A DNA stretch of 41,977 nt, taken from the UHGV virus genome UHGV-1356687; one strand, 5' to 3'. Below the pieces are notes generated by a model, which saw only the letters and a list, made by a program, of their open reading frames with translations, was not told the origin of the DNA and ran no database searches. The translations under genes and the position numbers were made by a program. How positions within the stretch are numbered: position 1 is the first letter of the stretch; each line of letters opens with the position of its first letter. Shown here piece after piece: positions 18,467 to 27,348 of the stretch. The stretch is from a virus.

Positions 18467-18712
18467 ATGGAAGATAAGGACTTTATGGAAATAAAAGTGC
18501 AACTAGCTAGAATTGAATCAAATTTAGAAGGTATTCCAGATTTGAAAAATGAATTAAAGGCAAATAATAATTTATTGAGTGAAACCCATCACCGTTCAAT
18601 TCAAAATGAGAAAGACATTGCTAGTATAAATGACCGTTTAACTTGGCTAACACGCACAGTATCAGGGGCAATCATTGTTGCTGTTATTGGTGCTATTATA
18701 ACTATATTATAA
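18467..18712 (+). CDS. XhlA-like lysis-associated membrane protein
   Basis: 81 aa. The N-terminus is a coiled coil and the C-terminus a single TM helix (GAIIVAVIGAIITIL). It is the first gene of the lysis cassette, an architecture like the XhlA/haemolysin family. Confidence 0.5.
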   Translation: MEDKDFMEIKVQLARIESNLEGIPDLKNELKANNNLLSETHHRSIQNEKDIASINDRLTWLTRTVSGAIIVAVIGAIITIL

Positions 18713-18726
18713 GGAGAGTGTTAAAT

Positions 18727-18960
18727 ATGGATTGGAAAACACGTATTAAAAACAAAGCGTTCTGGATTGCTTTAATTCCAGCAGTAATTGTTCTGATTCA
18801 AGTTGTGGGAAACGTCTTTGGATTAGACTTATCAAACCTAACTGGTTTGAGCCAACAACTAATTGATGTTGTTAATGCGGTATTCGTTGTGTTAAGTATT
18901 TTAGGAGTAGTTATAGACCCAACCACAAAAGGTATTAAAGATAATAAGGAGGACAAATAA
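18727..18960 (+). CDS. holin (2 TM, about 77 aa)
   Basis: RBS aaggagag before ATG 18727. It has two hydrophobic helices and a charged C-terminus (KDNKEDK), and sits immediately upstream of the endolysin. Confidence 0.65.
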   Translation: MDWKTRIKNKAFWIALIPAVIVLIQVVGNVFGLDLSNLTGLSQQLIDVVNAVFVVLSILGVVIDPTTKGIKDNKEDK

Positions 18961-18962
18961 GT

Positions 18963-19946
18963 ATGAAGGTAAAAGGTATTTTATTTGGTGCATTAGCAAC
19001 CATTGGTTTATTTGCTGGAATGCAAACAGCTAACGCATATGAAGTTAATAACGAGTTCAATTTAAGTCCTTGGGAAGGTTCAGGACAGGTTGCAGTACCT
19101 AATAAGATTATCTTACATGAAACTGCTAATGAACGTGCCACAGGAAGAAATGAAGCAACGTACATGAAAAATAACTGGTTTAACGCACATACAACAGCTA
19201 TCGTTGGTGATGGTGGTATTGTTTATAAGATTGCACCAGAAGGTAACATCTCATGGGGGGCTGGTAACGCAAACCCCTACGCACCTATTCAAATTGAGTT
19301 GCAACATACACATGATAAGGAATTGTTCAAAAAGAACTATAAAGCATACATTGATTATACAAGGGACATGGGTAAAAAGTTTAGTATTCCTATGACACTT
19401 GACCAAGGTTCTTCTGTTTGGGAAAAAGGTGTTATCTCTCATAAATGGGTATCAGATTATGTATGGGGTGACCACACAGACCCATATGGTTACTTAGCAG
19501 AAATGGGAATCAGTAAAGCACAACTTGCTAAAGACTTAGCAAATGGCGTTCAGGGTTATTCTAAGCCGTCAAACCAAGCAACACCTAACAAACCATCTAA
19601 ACCAAGTGTAACACCTCAAAAACAACGTTTTAACTATAGAGTTGATGGGTTGGAATATGTAAACGGAATGTGGCAAATCTATAACGAACATTTAGGTAAA
19701 ATTGACTTTAATTGGACTGATAACGGTATTCCAGTTAGTGTTGTTGATAAAGTAAACCCAGCTACTGGGCAACCAACCAAAGACCAAGTTCTTTCTGTAG
19801 GCGATTACTTCAATTTCCAAGTTAATTCTGTAGGTGTAGTGCAAGAGCAAACACCTTACGGTGGTTATACATTATCTCATGTACAGTTACCAGAAGAGTT
19901 CATTTGGTTATTCACTGAAAACAAAAACACTTTATTATATCAATAA
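18963..19946 (+). CDS. endolysin: N-acetylmuramoyl-L-alanine amidase (Amidase_2/PGRP) with N-terminal Sec signal peptide and C-terminal cell-wall-binding region
   Basis: Signal peptide MKVKGILFGALATIGLFAGMQTANA|YE. Amidase_2-like block ILHETANE...GNANPYAPIQIELQHT. The C-terminal ~130 aa are non-catalytic. Confidence 0.8.
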   Translation: MKVKGILFGALATIGLFAGMQTANAYEVNNEFNLSPWEGSGQVAVPNKIILHETANERATGRNEATYMKNNWFNAHTTAIVGDGGIVYKIAPEGNISWGAGNANPYAPIQIELQHTHDKELFKKNYKAYIDYTRDMGKKFSIPMTLDQGSSVWEKGVISHKWVSDYVWGDHTDPYGYLAEMGISKAQLAKDLANGVQGYSKPSNQATPNKPSKPSVTPQKQRFNYRVDGLEYVNGMWQIYNEHLGKIDFNWTDNGIPVSVVDKVNPATGQPTKDQVLSVGDYFNFQVNSVGVVQEQTPYGGYTLSHVQLPEEFIWLFTENKNTLLYQ

Positions 19947-19949
19947 AAC

Positions 19950-19983
19950 AAAAAGACACCCTATGTTGGGTGTCTTTATTTGC
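19950..19983. terminator. bidirectional intrinsic terminator between convergent late (+) and early (-) transcription
   Basis: aAAAGACACCCtatgttGGGTGTCTTTattt, with A/T runs on both sides. Confidence 0.6.
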
Positions 19984-20045
19984 GTTTTAATGGATAATCA
20001 CCTTACTTTGAATCTGAAACGTGCTTAGAATGCTCCTATGAAACA
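19976..20045 (+). repeat. ~70-bp direct repeat copy B (after lysis cassette)
   Basis: ctttatttgcgttttaatggataatcaccttactttgaatctgaaacgtgcttagaatgctcctatgaa. Like copy A, it directly follows a terminator. Confidence 0.6.
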
Positions 20046-20272
20046 ATGGTTTCCAAGATATTTGGTGCATATCCACCAATTACAACAGGTTCATCATCAA
20101 CAATGTTTTTAAATACAACAGGTAGTGAACGGTATCCTTTTTCCATTAAATACTCTAACGCTTCTGGTTCTTCATCAACATTGTGTTCTTTATAATTAAC
20201 TCCTAACTCTTGTAATTTTCGTTTTGTCATTTTGCAAGGCATGCAATTGTTTTTAGTATATACTGTAATCAT
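20036..20272 (-). CDS. nrdH: NrdH-like glutaredoxin (redoxin)
   Basis: 78 aa. It has a CMPC redox motif near the N-terminus and a thioredoxin-fold length. It is the last gene of the leftward operon. Confidence 0.7.
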   Translation of the reverse strand: MITVYTKNNCMPCKMTKRKLQELGVNYKEHNVDEEPEALEYLMEKGYRSLPVVFKNIVDDEPVVIGGYAPNILETIVS

Positions 20273-20868
20273 TTAATTAACTCCTTTACATAAATATTTT
20301 TAGGTTCTTGTTCAATATAATAAGCTTCACCACTGTTTAAGGCATCAACTAATCGTTGCGCAAATGGTTTCAATTCACCTTTGTATTTTGTTCTTATTGC
20401 TTTATCATGATAGATTTTATCACCATATTTTATAACTTTAGTTTTAGTTGTCTTTCCTACTAACGTGAAGTTCGTTGCTTTGTAAATAATACCTTCATGA
20501 CCATGGTTAGGGTCTGCATAACTTACAATAGTTTTTACAGTTGTATTCTTACGTAACCACTTCAATGTTTTACCAATGAAGTACGATTCTGCATTACGCT
20601 TAGTATCATCAATCAAGCACAATCTACGTAGCTCTAAAACATCCTCTTTGTTTTCACCATACTTTTTCCACACATTAGCCATACCAAGTCCACCATATAT
20701 CATGGCACCAATTAATTCATCACCACAATATAGACCAAAACAGTATGATGATTGTAGACCATTTATAGAGTGTGTATAATGCCATTCTTCAATAAAATTC
20801 CGAATTACATTTCGTGCTACTGGTAAAACAGTATATTCCTTTACACTTTTAACTTCAAGTGGGTTCAT
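20269..20868 (-). CDS. hypothetical protein, possibly an acyltransferase-fold (GNAT/Mom-like) enzyme
   Basis: 199 aa with RBS. The segment YCFGLYCGDELIGAMIYGG...LELRRLCL is reminiscent of GNAT-type beta-strand/CoA-loop patterns. It is translationally coupled to nrdH. Confidence 0.3.
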   Translation of the reverse strand: MNPLEVKSVKEYTVLPVARNVIRNFIEEWHYTHSINGLQSSYCFGLYCGDELIGAMIYGGLGMANVWKKYGENKEDVLELRRLCLIDDTKRNAESYFIGKTLKWLRKNTTVKTIVSYADPNHGHEGIIYKATNFTLVGKTTKTKVIKYGDKIYHDKAIRTKYKGELKPFAQRLVDALNSGEAYYIEQEPKNIYVKELIK

Positions 20869-20930
20869 TTAAATTCCTCCTATTAGTTGATAGGTAAAGT
20901 ATAACACCTTACCTATCTTTTGTCAATAGT

Positions 20931-23222
20931 TTAATCAATATAATTTTTTACTTCAACTGGTTTGAATCCTTGTAATTCTCGTTCATGATGTGCTTGTTCA
21001 ATACGTTCTTTCCAGTTCTCACCAAACCATAATTCAAGAGTATCTTCCACTTGGTCAATATAGTATTGTTTGTCAACTTCATCAATTGTAATACCTTCGC
21101 CAATTGCTTCATTACTGATTGTGTAGTATTCTGGTGCGTTTGCCAATCCTTTTGTATATGAAATGTTATCCTTAAATTCATCAGCTTCAATATCTAATAA
21201 TTGACCTTCTTTGACCTTAAACAATTCTACTGCATTTGTTTTATCTTTTACTGCGAACACACGGTTAACCTTTTGTGCGTTGAACTCATTACCTTCACTA
21301 TCACGTGCAACCGTTCTATCAAAGGTCCAACCTGTTTTAGTAATAATTTGAAACTGTCTTAGTTCATTACATTCATTGATAAAGTCTTTATAATCTTTAC
21401 CAGCCACTAGATAATTAATGAACGCATTAGATACAATCGCTTTTGACACTTTCATGCCACCTGTTAAGCCAATAGCGCCTTTTACTTTTACTTTTCCATT
21501 TGGTTGTACTGCAATATAATTATTTACATCTTTTTGCCAAATTTCACGGAACATGTCTTTATCTAGTGTAAGTCCAATCTTGTTAGCAAATTCATCTAAT
21601 GCTTCATCAATAGCTTTATCATCTGCTTCACTGTTTGGAATATATGCGTGTGCGTCCGTATTTGATTGAATAAACTGTGCTTTACCTTTAATTAATTCAT
21701 ACATGTTTGTCATAATCAATTGACCAGTTGCACAAACTAAGAACTGGTTTCTTGGGTCATACAAACCATTAAACTGCGCACCAGTGGCACCAAACTTAGT
21801 ATTCAATGGTAACTTGATACCGTTAATCATTACATATGTTGGTACTTCTACACCTTTAATGTTTGCCACTTCTTCACCTGAATACTTGGCGTCCATACGT
21901 TGTTTTAGTAAATCACCGTAGCGGTGAATCTTATCCTTTGGAATATTTCTTGATAGTAAATTAAATTGTTCCATTGTGTTTGGATATAGTGAACCCCAGT
22001 CACGCATTGGGAACATTCCAATGTGAATATAACTAGGTTTAGCACCATGTACACCACCACTACCAAAAATCATTGTATAGCCATCTTCGTCCGTGTACTC
22101 TAATGACACGTTCAATTTGCCATCTTCATTTAGTTCAAACTCATGGTTCAAGTATGCTTCTGCAATTTCTTTTGTATTAATGTTTAATCGTTTATCTAAT
22201 TCTAAGGGGTCTGTCAAGTCTGGTCTAACCTCTTGTTTGGTTGCCCCAAGTAACTTAGCTGTTAAATTAGCATTGGTTTGTAATAGGTCTGTCTTATCCA
22301 TATCAAACATTAAAGCAATTGTTGCTTTAGCCAATAACATACCAATATTTTGTTCAAAACGTTTTTCAGTTGCTAACACATCATTTTTACAGTATGCAAT
22401 ATTTTTATCTTTCTCTTCATCTGTCAATGGTCTATCCATGTCAAAGTCTACTTCTGTTTCTTTAATGTTGATACCTAAGAAAGCTGAATGCTCTTTTAAG
22501 CTAAAACCTTTGTTATCTTGGTATAGGTCCATTCCAAACAATGGGGTTTTATGACTATCAAACATCTTGTAAACTAGACCTCTATTATCTGATTCAATGA
22601 TTGTTTTAGACATTTGATAAGCGTTTTTTCCTTGTAAATATCCACGCATTACATTGTTGTCATATGACGCATTATTATACCCAATGAACATTGAATCACG
22701 GTGTTCAAGGTAAAACTTGCGTAATTCTTCAAGGTCATTATTAATAATGAACCATTCTTTTGTAAAGTAATCACGGAATACAAATAAGCTATCATGTTTA
22801 AAAATCTCAATATCAAATAATAAAATGGTTTGTTTTGTTAATGGTTCACTTGGTTTAAACGGCGTTTCATTACCTTTTGAAATACTTCTAATAGGTTTGA
22901 CTGTAGCAAAACCATTACTGAACTTCAAATCAATCAATAAGCGGTCACCAACTTCAACATTTTTCCATTTATCCCAGTCATATTTGCGAAACTTCATGAT
23001 ATAGCTTGTAACGTCCCTACCATCTTCTAATGAACGCATTTTAACTACCTTCATTTCTTTTCCTTTTGCTGATAACTTTTTGTTAGATTCAATGACAACC
23101 ACATCATGTTGACCAGCTCGCATTGGGTCAAGACTTCGTGAATTACCTTTTAGGTTGCTGAATACTTCCAATAGTTTTTTAGCTAGTTCTGGTGCCTTTT
23201 TAAATTCTGCAATGTTCTTCAT
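20931..23222 (-). CDS. family B DNA polymerase with 3'-5' proofreading exonuclease
   Basis: 763 aa. Exonuclease motifs are FDIE (Exo I) and YCKND (Exo III-like). Polymerase motif A is DWGSLYPN (DxxSLYPS). A K...N..FG motif-B-like block and a SNTDAH motif-C-like block are also present. Confidence 0.8.
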   Translation of the reverse strand: MKNIAEFKKAPELAKKLLEVFSNLKGNSRSLDPMRAGQHDVVVIESNKKLSAKGKEMKVVKMRSLEDGRDVTSYIMKFRKYDWDKWKNVEVGDRLLIDLKFSNGFATVKPIRSISKGNETPFKPSEPLTKQTILLFDIEIFKHDSLFVFRDYFTKEWFIINNDLEELRKFYLEHRDSMFIGYNNASYDNNVMRGYLQGKNAYQMSKTIIESDNRGLVYKMFDSHKTPLFGMDLYQDNKGFSLKEHSAFLGINIKETEVDFDMDRPLTDEEKDKNIAYCKNDVLATEKRFEQNIGMLLAKATIALMFDMDKTDLLQTNANLTAKLLGATKQEVRPDLTDPLELDKRLNINTKEIAEAYLNHEFELNEDGKLNVSLEYTDEDGYTMIFGSGGVHGAKPSYIHIGMFPMRDWGSLYPNTMEQFNLLSRNIPKDKIHRYGDLLKQRMDAKYSGEEVANIKGVEVPTYVMINGIKLPLNTKFGATGAQFNGLYDPRNQFLVCATGQLIMTNMYELIKGKAQFIQSNTDAHAYIPNSEADDKAIDEALDEFANKIGLTLDKDMFREIWQKDVNNYIAVQPNGKVKVKGAIGLTGGMKVSKAIVSNAFINYLVAGKDYKDFINECNELRQFQIITKTGWTFDRTVARDSEGNEFNAQKVNRVFAVKDKTNAVELFKVKEGQLLDIEADEFKDNISYTKGLANAPEYYTISNEAIGEGITIDEVDKQYYIDQVEDTLELWFGENWKERIEQAHHERELQGFKPVEVKNYID

Positions 23223-23257
23223 ATATTTAATTCCTCCAATTTGTTTATACTACTATC

Positions 23258-23488
23258 TTACTTTATTAATGTGATTCTGTCAAGTGTTTTTGTTGCTAAT
23301 TTCAACTCACGTTGTAAGAAACCTTCTGTAGCACCATTTGCAAATCTACAGATAAGTTCTACACCATCTACTGGCTTAAACAGTTTAGCTAATATATAAA
23401 CTTTATCACCTTTGTTACCAATACCGTTGTGGTTATCATTTTTAAGTTCTACATAATTACCTACATTAAATGTGTTTTTCATTGTCAT
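23258..23488 (-). CDS. hypothetical protein (76 aa)
   Basis: ORF with RBS aggaggtaatgacaatg. Confidence 0.4.
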   Translation of the reverse strand: MTMKNTFNVGNYVELKNDNHNGIGNKGDKVYILAKLFKPVDGVELICRFANGATEGFLQRELKLATKTLDRITLIK

Positions 23489-23552
23489 TACCTCCTATAT
23501 GTATATAATAACAAAACCCCTAACATAAGTCAAGGGTTTTGTTTGTTTATTT

Positions 23553-24260
23553 TTAGAATGGTAAATCATCAGCTGTAATGTCAATTGAGTGATAAACTTC
23601 TTCAACTGGTTTTTGTTCTGGTTGGTCCTCTGGGTCAAGAGGTAATGCTTCTAACCAACCAACGTTGCTTGTTGGGTCTAATTGATTTTTATTAACTGTA
23701 ACATCAACAACCATTCCAACCGCTTTTTCTGCTGTTTCCCATTCCACACCTACATCTTCAAATAGTTCGTTGAATCGCGCTTTTGCTTTTCCAAGTTTAG
23801 CCATGTTAGGAATGAACATTTCTTTTTTAGCAACCCATACCCCTGTGTTGAAGTTGAATGCGTAGTGCTTACCTTTATGTTCAATAACTACTGAACGTCC
23901 TTTAGGTGAATCTTGAATTGCAACAATAGGTGCTTTCTTAATACGTTTTAAGCTAACCAGTGGTTTATCAATTTTGATAAAACCGGAGCCTTCTGTGAAG
24001 TACGCTTTACCTGTTTGTTCATCAACGTATAACTCAATAGTATTATCTTCTTCAAATGAACCACCAGCAACTTCTAGTGCTTCATTATATTTTTTCATTG
24101 CTTCTTCTGAATCTTCCCATTCGCCAGCTTCTTTATTGAATTGTTGTTTGTACGCTACTGCATCAAACATTGCTGAATAATCCTCTTTTGCAACTTGTAA
24201 CTTAGTTGAAATTTCTGAATCCTCTACACTCACGATAACTAATTTTTGTAATTCTGACAT
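23553..24260 (-). CDS. putative ssDNA-binding protein (non-canonical; acidic C-terminal tail ...DDLPF)
   Basis: 235 aa with RBS. The C-terminus EEVYHSIDITADDLPF mimics the SSB D-D-D-I-P-F partner-binding tail. Size and terminal aromatic residue also recall T7 gp2.5-type SSBs. Confidence 0.45.
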   Translation of the reverse strand: MSELQKLVIVSVEDSEISTKLQVAKEDYSAMFDAVAYKQQFNKEAGEWEDSEEAMKKYNEALEVAGGSFEEDNTIELYVDEQTGKAYFTEGSGFIKIDKPLVSLKRIKKAPIVAIQDSPKGRSVVIEHKGKHYAFNFNTGVWVAKKEMFIPNMAKLGKAKARFNELFEDVGVEWETAEKAVGMVVDVTVNKNQLDPTSNVGWLEALPLDPEDQPEQKPVEEVYHSIDITADDLPF

Positions 24261-24336
24261 AATAAAATTCCTCCAATAATTTGTTTTTATTTTTACTACT
24301 TAAATAGTATAACATAGTTTCCCTAACTTGTGTACC

Positions 24337-24582
24337 TTATTTTCCAAATAAAATATATTTCTTTTTGCAATTTAGAAATACATTTACTGGTTCCAATCCA
24401 CCACCTTCGTATACACTTCCTTTTATAATAGTTTCATCATCATTTGAAACCATGTTGAAGTCATAGAACTGATAACCTACACCATCAATCCACACTTGTT
24501 GACTAAAACTTGTCACACCAACTACCAATTCTACATCACGCTTACCGTTTAAGTCATGTAATTTCCAATCAAATAAACCCAT
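24337..24582 (-). CDS. hypothetical protein (81 aa)
   Basis: ORF in an operon. Confidence 0.4.
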   Translation of the reverse strand: MGLFDWKLHDLNGKRDVELVVGVTSFSQQVWIDGVGYQFYDFNMVSNDDETIIKGSVYEGGGLEPVNVFLNCKKKYILFGK

Positions 24583-24876
24583 TTACATTTCCTCCAATAA
24601 CATAGTGTTTGCGTTATAATCTACTTCAATATTGAATCTACCACCCGCATACTTAGTAGTACCTTCCATAGTTACAAGAATAGCACGCATAATGTGATAG
24701 TCGTTTGTCTTGTATTCCACTTCCATACTTTCAACATAGAATCTAGTGCGGTCAAACTCAAATTCTGGTGCATTGTGATTGTTTCTGTACTCTGCCAACT
24801 TGTCAAATGTGATTTCTCCTTCCTTTAAGTTCTTTGAAAAATACGTACAACGCAATGAATCTTCTTTAATAATCAT
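24583..24876 (-). CDS. hypothetical protein (97 aa)
   Basis: ORF with RBS ggaggaaatgtaaatg. Confidence 0.45.
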   Translation of the reverse strand: MIIKEDSLRCTYFSKNLKEGEITFDKLAEYRNNHNAPEFEFDRTRFYVESMEVEYKTNDYHIMRAILVTMEGTTKYAGGRFNIEVDYNANTMLLEEM

Positions 24877-25695
24877 TTACATTTCCTCCCATTCAATACC
24901 TAATTTTTTAAGTTTGGCTAAATCTGATGTCTTAACCTTAATACAAGTATAACTCACTTCAACTGGTTTGTCAACAACTTTATCTTCATTTCCTGTTAAA
25001 ATTACAATTTCAGGAACTTTCGTTTCTCTTACTCGTTGTTGTTCAGCTTCCAGTCGTTCACGTTCTGACTTCATTTCTTTAAATTCTTCAATAGCTTCAT
25101 TCATATTGAAACCATTTCTTGAATATGCAATAAGTATTGCCATGCGGTCATCTTTGTCTGTTACCTGTTCTTTCAAGTCTGAATAGTCTTGTTTAAACAG
25201 TTCAAAATACATCACAATTGCTTGTGTGATTGTTTTTTGTGAGGTTGCTTTATTAGTTACTAAACTTCTGTTTTTTGCAATGAACTTATCAAAAGATAGC
25301 CATTGTGGCGCATTATATGAAGCTTGGTACTTATTGAAAAGTTCTTCAATTTGTAATGTACGTTCTTTTTGTTCTTGCTCGTTGAACGTTTTAATTTGTA
25401 CATTAACATGTTCTATACCTTCCTTCAATACATCTTTTAATGTCTGTATTTTTTCGTTTAGTTCCTCATAAGGTGTCATGATTTCACTTTTTACCAGTTT
25501 GCGTTGTGTGTCTAGTTCTCTAATTCGTTTATTGATTGTAGCTACTAGTTTTTTATTCTCTTTGATTGTTTCTTCTGTAACTTCTTGCTCTTTCATTTTA
25601 TCAGCCAACCTCTGCGCGTCATCTAGTATTTTTTCATAGTCTGCAAATTCTATTGACTGAACACCATTGGTTTTAATTGCGATTTCAAATTCCAT
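24877..25695 (-). CDS. hypothetical coiled-coil protein (272 aa), possible recombination/replication accessory
   Basis: Long K/E-rich helical protein upstream of the SSB-like gene. Confidence 0.4.
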   Translation of the reverse strand: MEFEIAIKTNGVQSIEFADYEKILDDAQRLADKMKEQEVTEETIKENKKLVATINKRIRELDTQRKLVKSEIMTPYEELNEKIQTLKDVLKEGIEHVNVQIKTFNEQEQKERTLQIEELFNKYQASYNAPQWLSFDKFIAKNRSLVTNKATSQKTITQAIVMYFELFKQDYSDLKEQVTDKDDRMAILIAYSRNGFNMNEAIEEFKEMKSERERLEAEQQRVRETKVPEIVILTGNEDKVVDKPVEVSYTCIKVKTSDLAKLKKLGIEWEEM

Positions 25696-25873
25696 TGCGT
25701 TCGTCCTCCGCCTTTAATCGTAACCACTTAGCTTTGAAAATCTCGTTAAATGTGAACCCCATTTTAATTAGGTCCGTTCGTTCCTCTAATGTGTTTAGTA
25801 GGTCATTTACACTATACCCATAATCTAACATTAGTAACATTTTATAACTCATTTGTTCTTGCTTTTTTTCCAT
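25685..25873 (-). CDS. hypothetical protein (62 aa)
   Basis: ORF overlapping its neighbours in an operon. Confidence 0.35.
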   Translation of the reverse strand: MEKKQEQMSYKMLLMLDYGYSVNDLLNTLEERTDLIKMGFTFNEIFKAKWLRLKAEDERNGI

Positions 25874-26625
25874 GCTTCCACGTCCTCCATTGTGATTTTA
25901 TTTTCATCTTTTTTAGTACGTTTTATCAGTCCTTCAAAAGTTGAATATGTTTCGCTTTGGTGTAATGGTACCACAACTGAATCTGGTTTGCAATACTTTT
26001 CTGTAAATTCTTTATGTTCGGTTGAAGCTAAGTGACGATATGAACCGTTACTAAAAATATCAAAACCAGTGTGGGCTTTTGTGGATTCATAAAATTCAAT
26101 TACTTGTGGGTCATAGTTAGATTCTAACAGAAAGTAGTCTACTTGTAAAGAGTTTTTATCTAAATATTCCTGATAATCTATTGTAGTGCTTAAATCAGTT
26201 GCATATAATAATACTTCACCAGATTCAATATCTTCAATAATTAATCCATGACAGTCAACTAATTCTTCACCAGCACCATGATAGTTCTGGATAGTTGTGA
26301 ATTTCATTGTACCAATTTGAAACTGAAAGTTATCACTAAAAACAACATCAGCTGGAATTTTTGTTTTTTCAAACATTAGATTACTTACTTCTTCATTAGC
26401 TAAAATTTTAATGTTTGGAAAGTTTTCACGAATCTTCTTATAAACAGCTGGCTTGAAATGGTCACCGTGTCTGTGCGTAAATATTAAAAAATGTTTTTCA
26501 TATAGTAATGGCTCTATAAATTTGTAAGGCTTACCTGCATCAACTAATATATTAAATTGATTAGTATATATTGATACTGAATTTCCTTTACTACCTGTGT
26601 AATGTACGTTCCATTTGAATGTCAT
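25849..26625 (-). CDS. metallo-beta-lactamase-fold hydrolase/nuclease
   Basis: 258 aa. The motif FTHRHGDHF (HxHxDH) defines the MBL fold. Confidence 0.65.
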   Translation of the reverse strand: MTFKWNVHYTGSKGNSVSIYTNQFNILVDAGKPYKFIEPLLYEKHFLIFTHRHGDHFKPAVYKKIRENFPNIKILANEEVSNLMFEKTKIPADVVFSDNFQFQIGTMKFTTIQNYHGAGEELVDCHGLIIEDIESGEVLLYATDLSTTIDYQEYLDKNSLQVDYFLLESNYDPQVIEFYESTKAHTGFDIFSNGSYRHLASTEHKEFTEKYCKPDSVVVPLHQSETYSTFEGLIKRTKKDENKITMEDVEAWKKSKNK

Positions 26626-26635
26626 TTGCTACCTC

Positions 26636-27115
26636 CTAATACTGTGATGGTGTATTGCGTTCAGACCATGGGTTGCCTTCTAATTCCCATAACTCTTTGC
26701 CAAGTCGTTTAGCGGTGTCCCACTTATCCTTGTCAATTGCTTTATTAATTTCAATAATTAATTTATGACGTTTATCCTCTACTTTTTTGCGCAGTGGACG
26801 CGCTACACGCTGTTTGCCTTCTTGTGGGTTAATAGCCCAACCAAGATTATTGCAGTGTGTGTTATTAACATCACCATCTTTGTAATATAGATAGCCTAGA
26901 TTGTCTTTATTTAATACAAATGATTCAGCTACTAAGTTAGCAATAAAAAATTTACGTGTCTTGTTGTGTGAGCCTTCTAATACTACATATGGTTTGCCGT
27001 TGTCATCATATGAGTTCCAGACTGTTAAACCTGTGTCACGGTCTATCACATATCCCATATTTGAAACTGCGTATCTGTCATACGGTTCAAACAATGGTTC
27101 AAATTTTTCAATCAT
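26636..27115 (-). CDS. free-standing homing endonuclease (NUMOD4 + HNH_3)
   Basis: 159 aa. An N-terminal NUMOD4-like block (YAVSNMGYV...) is followed by an HNH_3-like block (HN...DGDVNNTHCNNLGW). Confidence 0.65.
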   Translation of the reverse strand: MIEKFEPLFEPYDRYAVSNMGYVIDRDTGLTVWNSYDDNGKPYVVLEGSHNKTRKFFIANLVAESFVLNKDNLGYLYYKDGDVNNTHCNNLGWAINPQEGKQRVARPLRKKVEDKRHKLIIEINKAIDKDKWDTAKRLGKELWELEGNPWSERNTPSQY

Positions 27116-27348
27116 TCCTTTAACTCCTCTACTAATTTTTCTAATTGCTCAATGGTTAAGATAATATCATTTTCTGGGTGACATAATACCATGCTAGCCA
27201 TAATATCACCATCTGGATACTTGGTTACTTCCATATATTCATGTTTGTTACCATTACAGATAAGGTGTATAGTTTTATAATTTCCAATTGGTCTATTAAA
27301 CACTTCTACATTTTCCATATTACAACCCTCTTTCTTCAATATCTTCAA
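27112..27348 (-). CDS. hypothetical protein (78 aa)
   Basis: ORF in an operon. Confidence 0.4.
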   Translation of the reverse strand: MKILKKEGCNMENVEVFNRPIGNYKTIHLICNGNKHEYMEVTKYPDGDIMASMVLCHPENDIILTIEQLEKLVEELKE

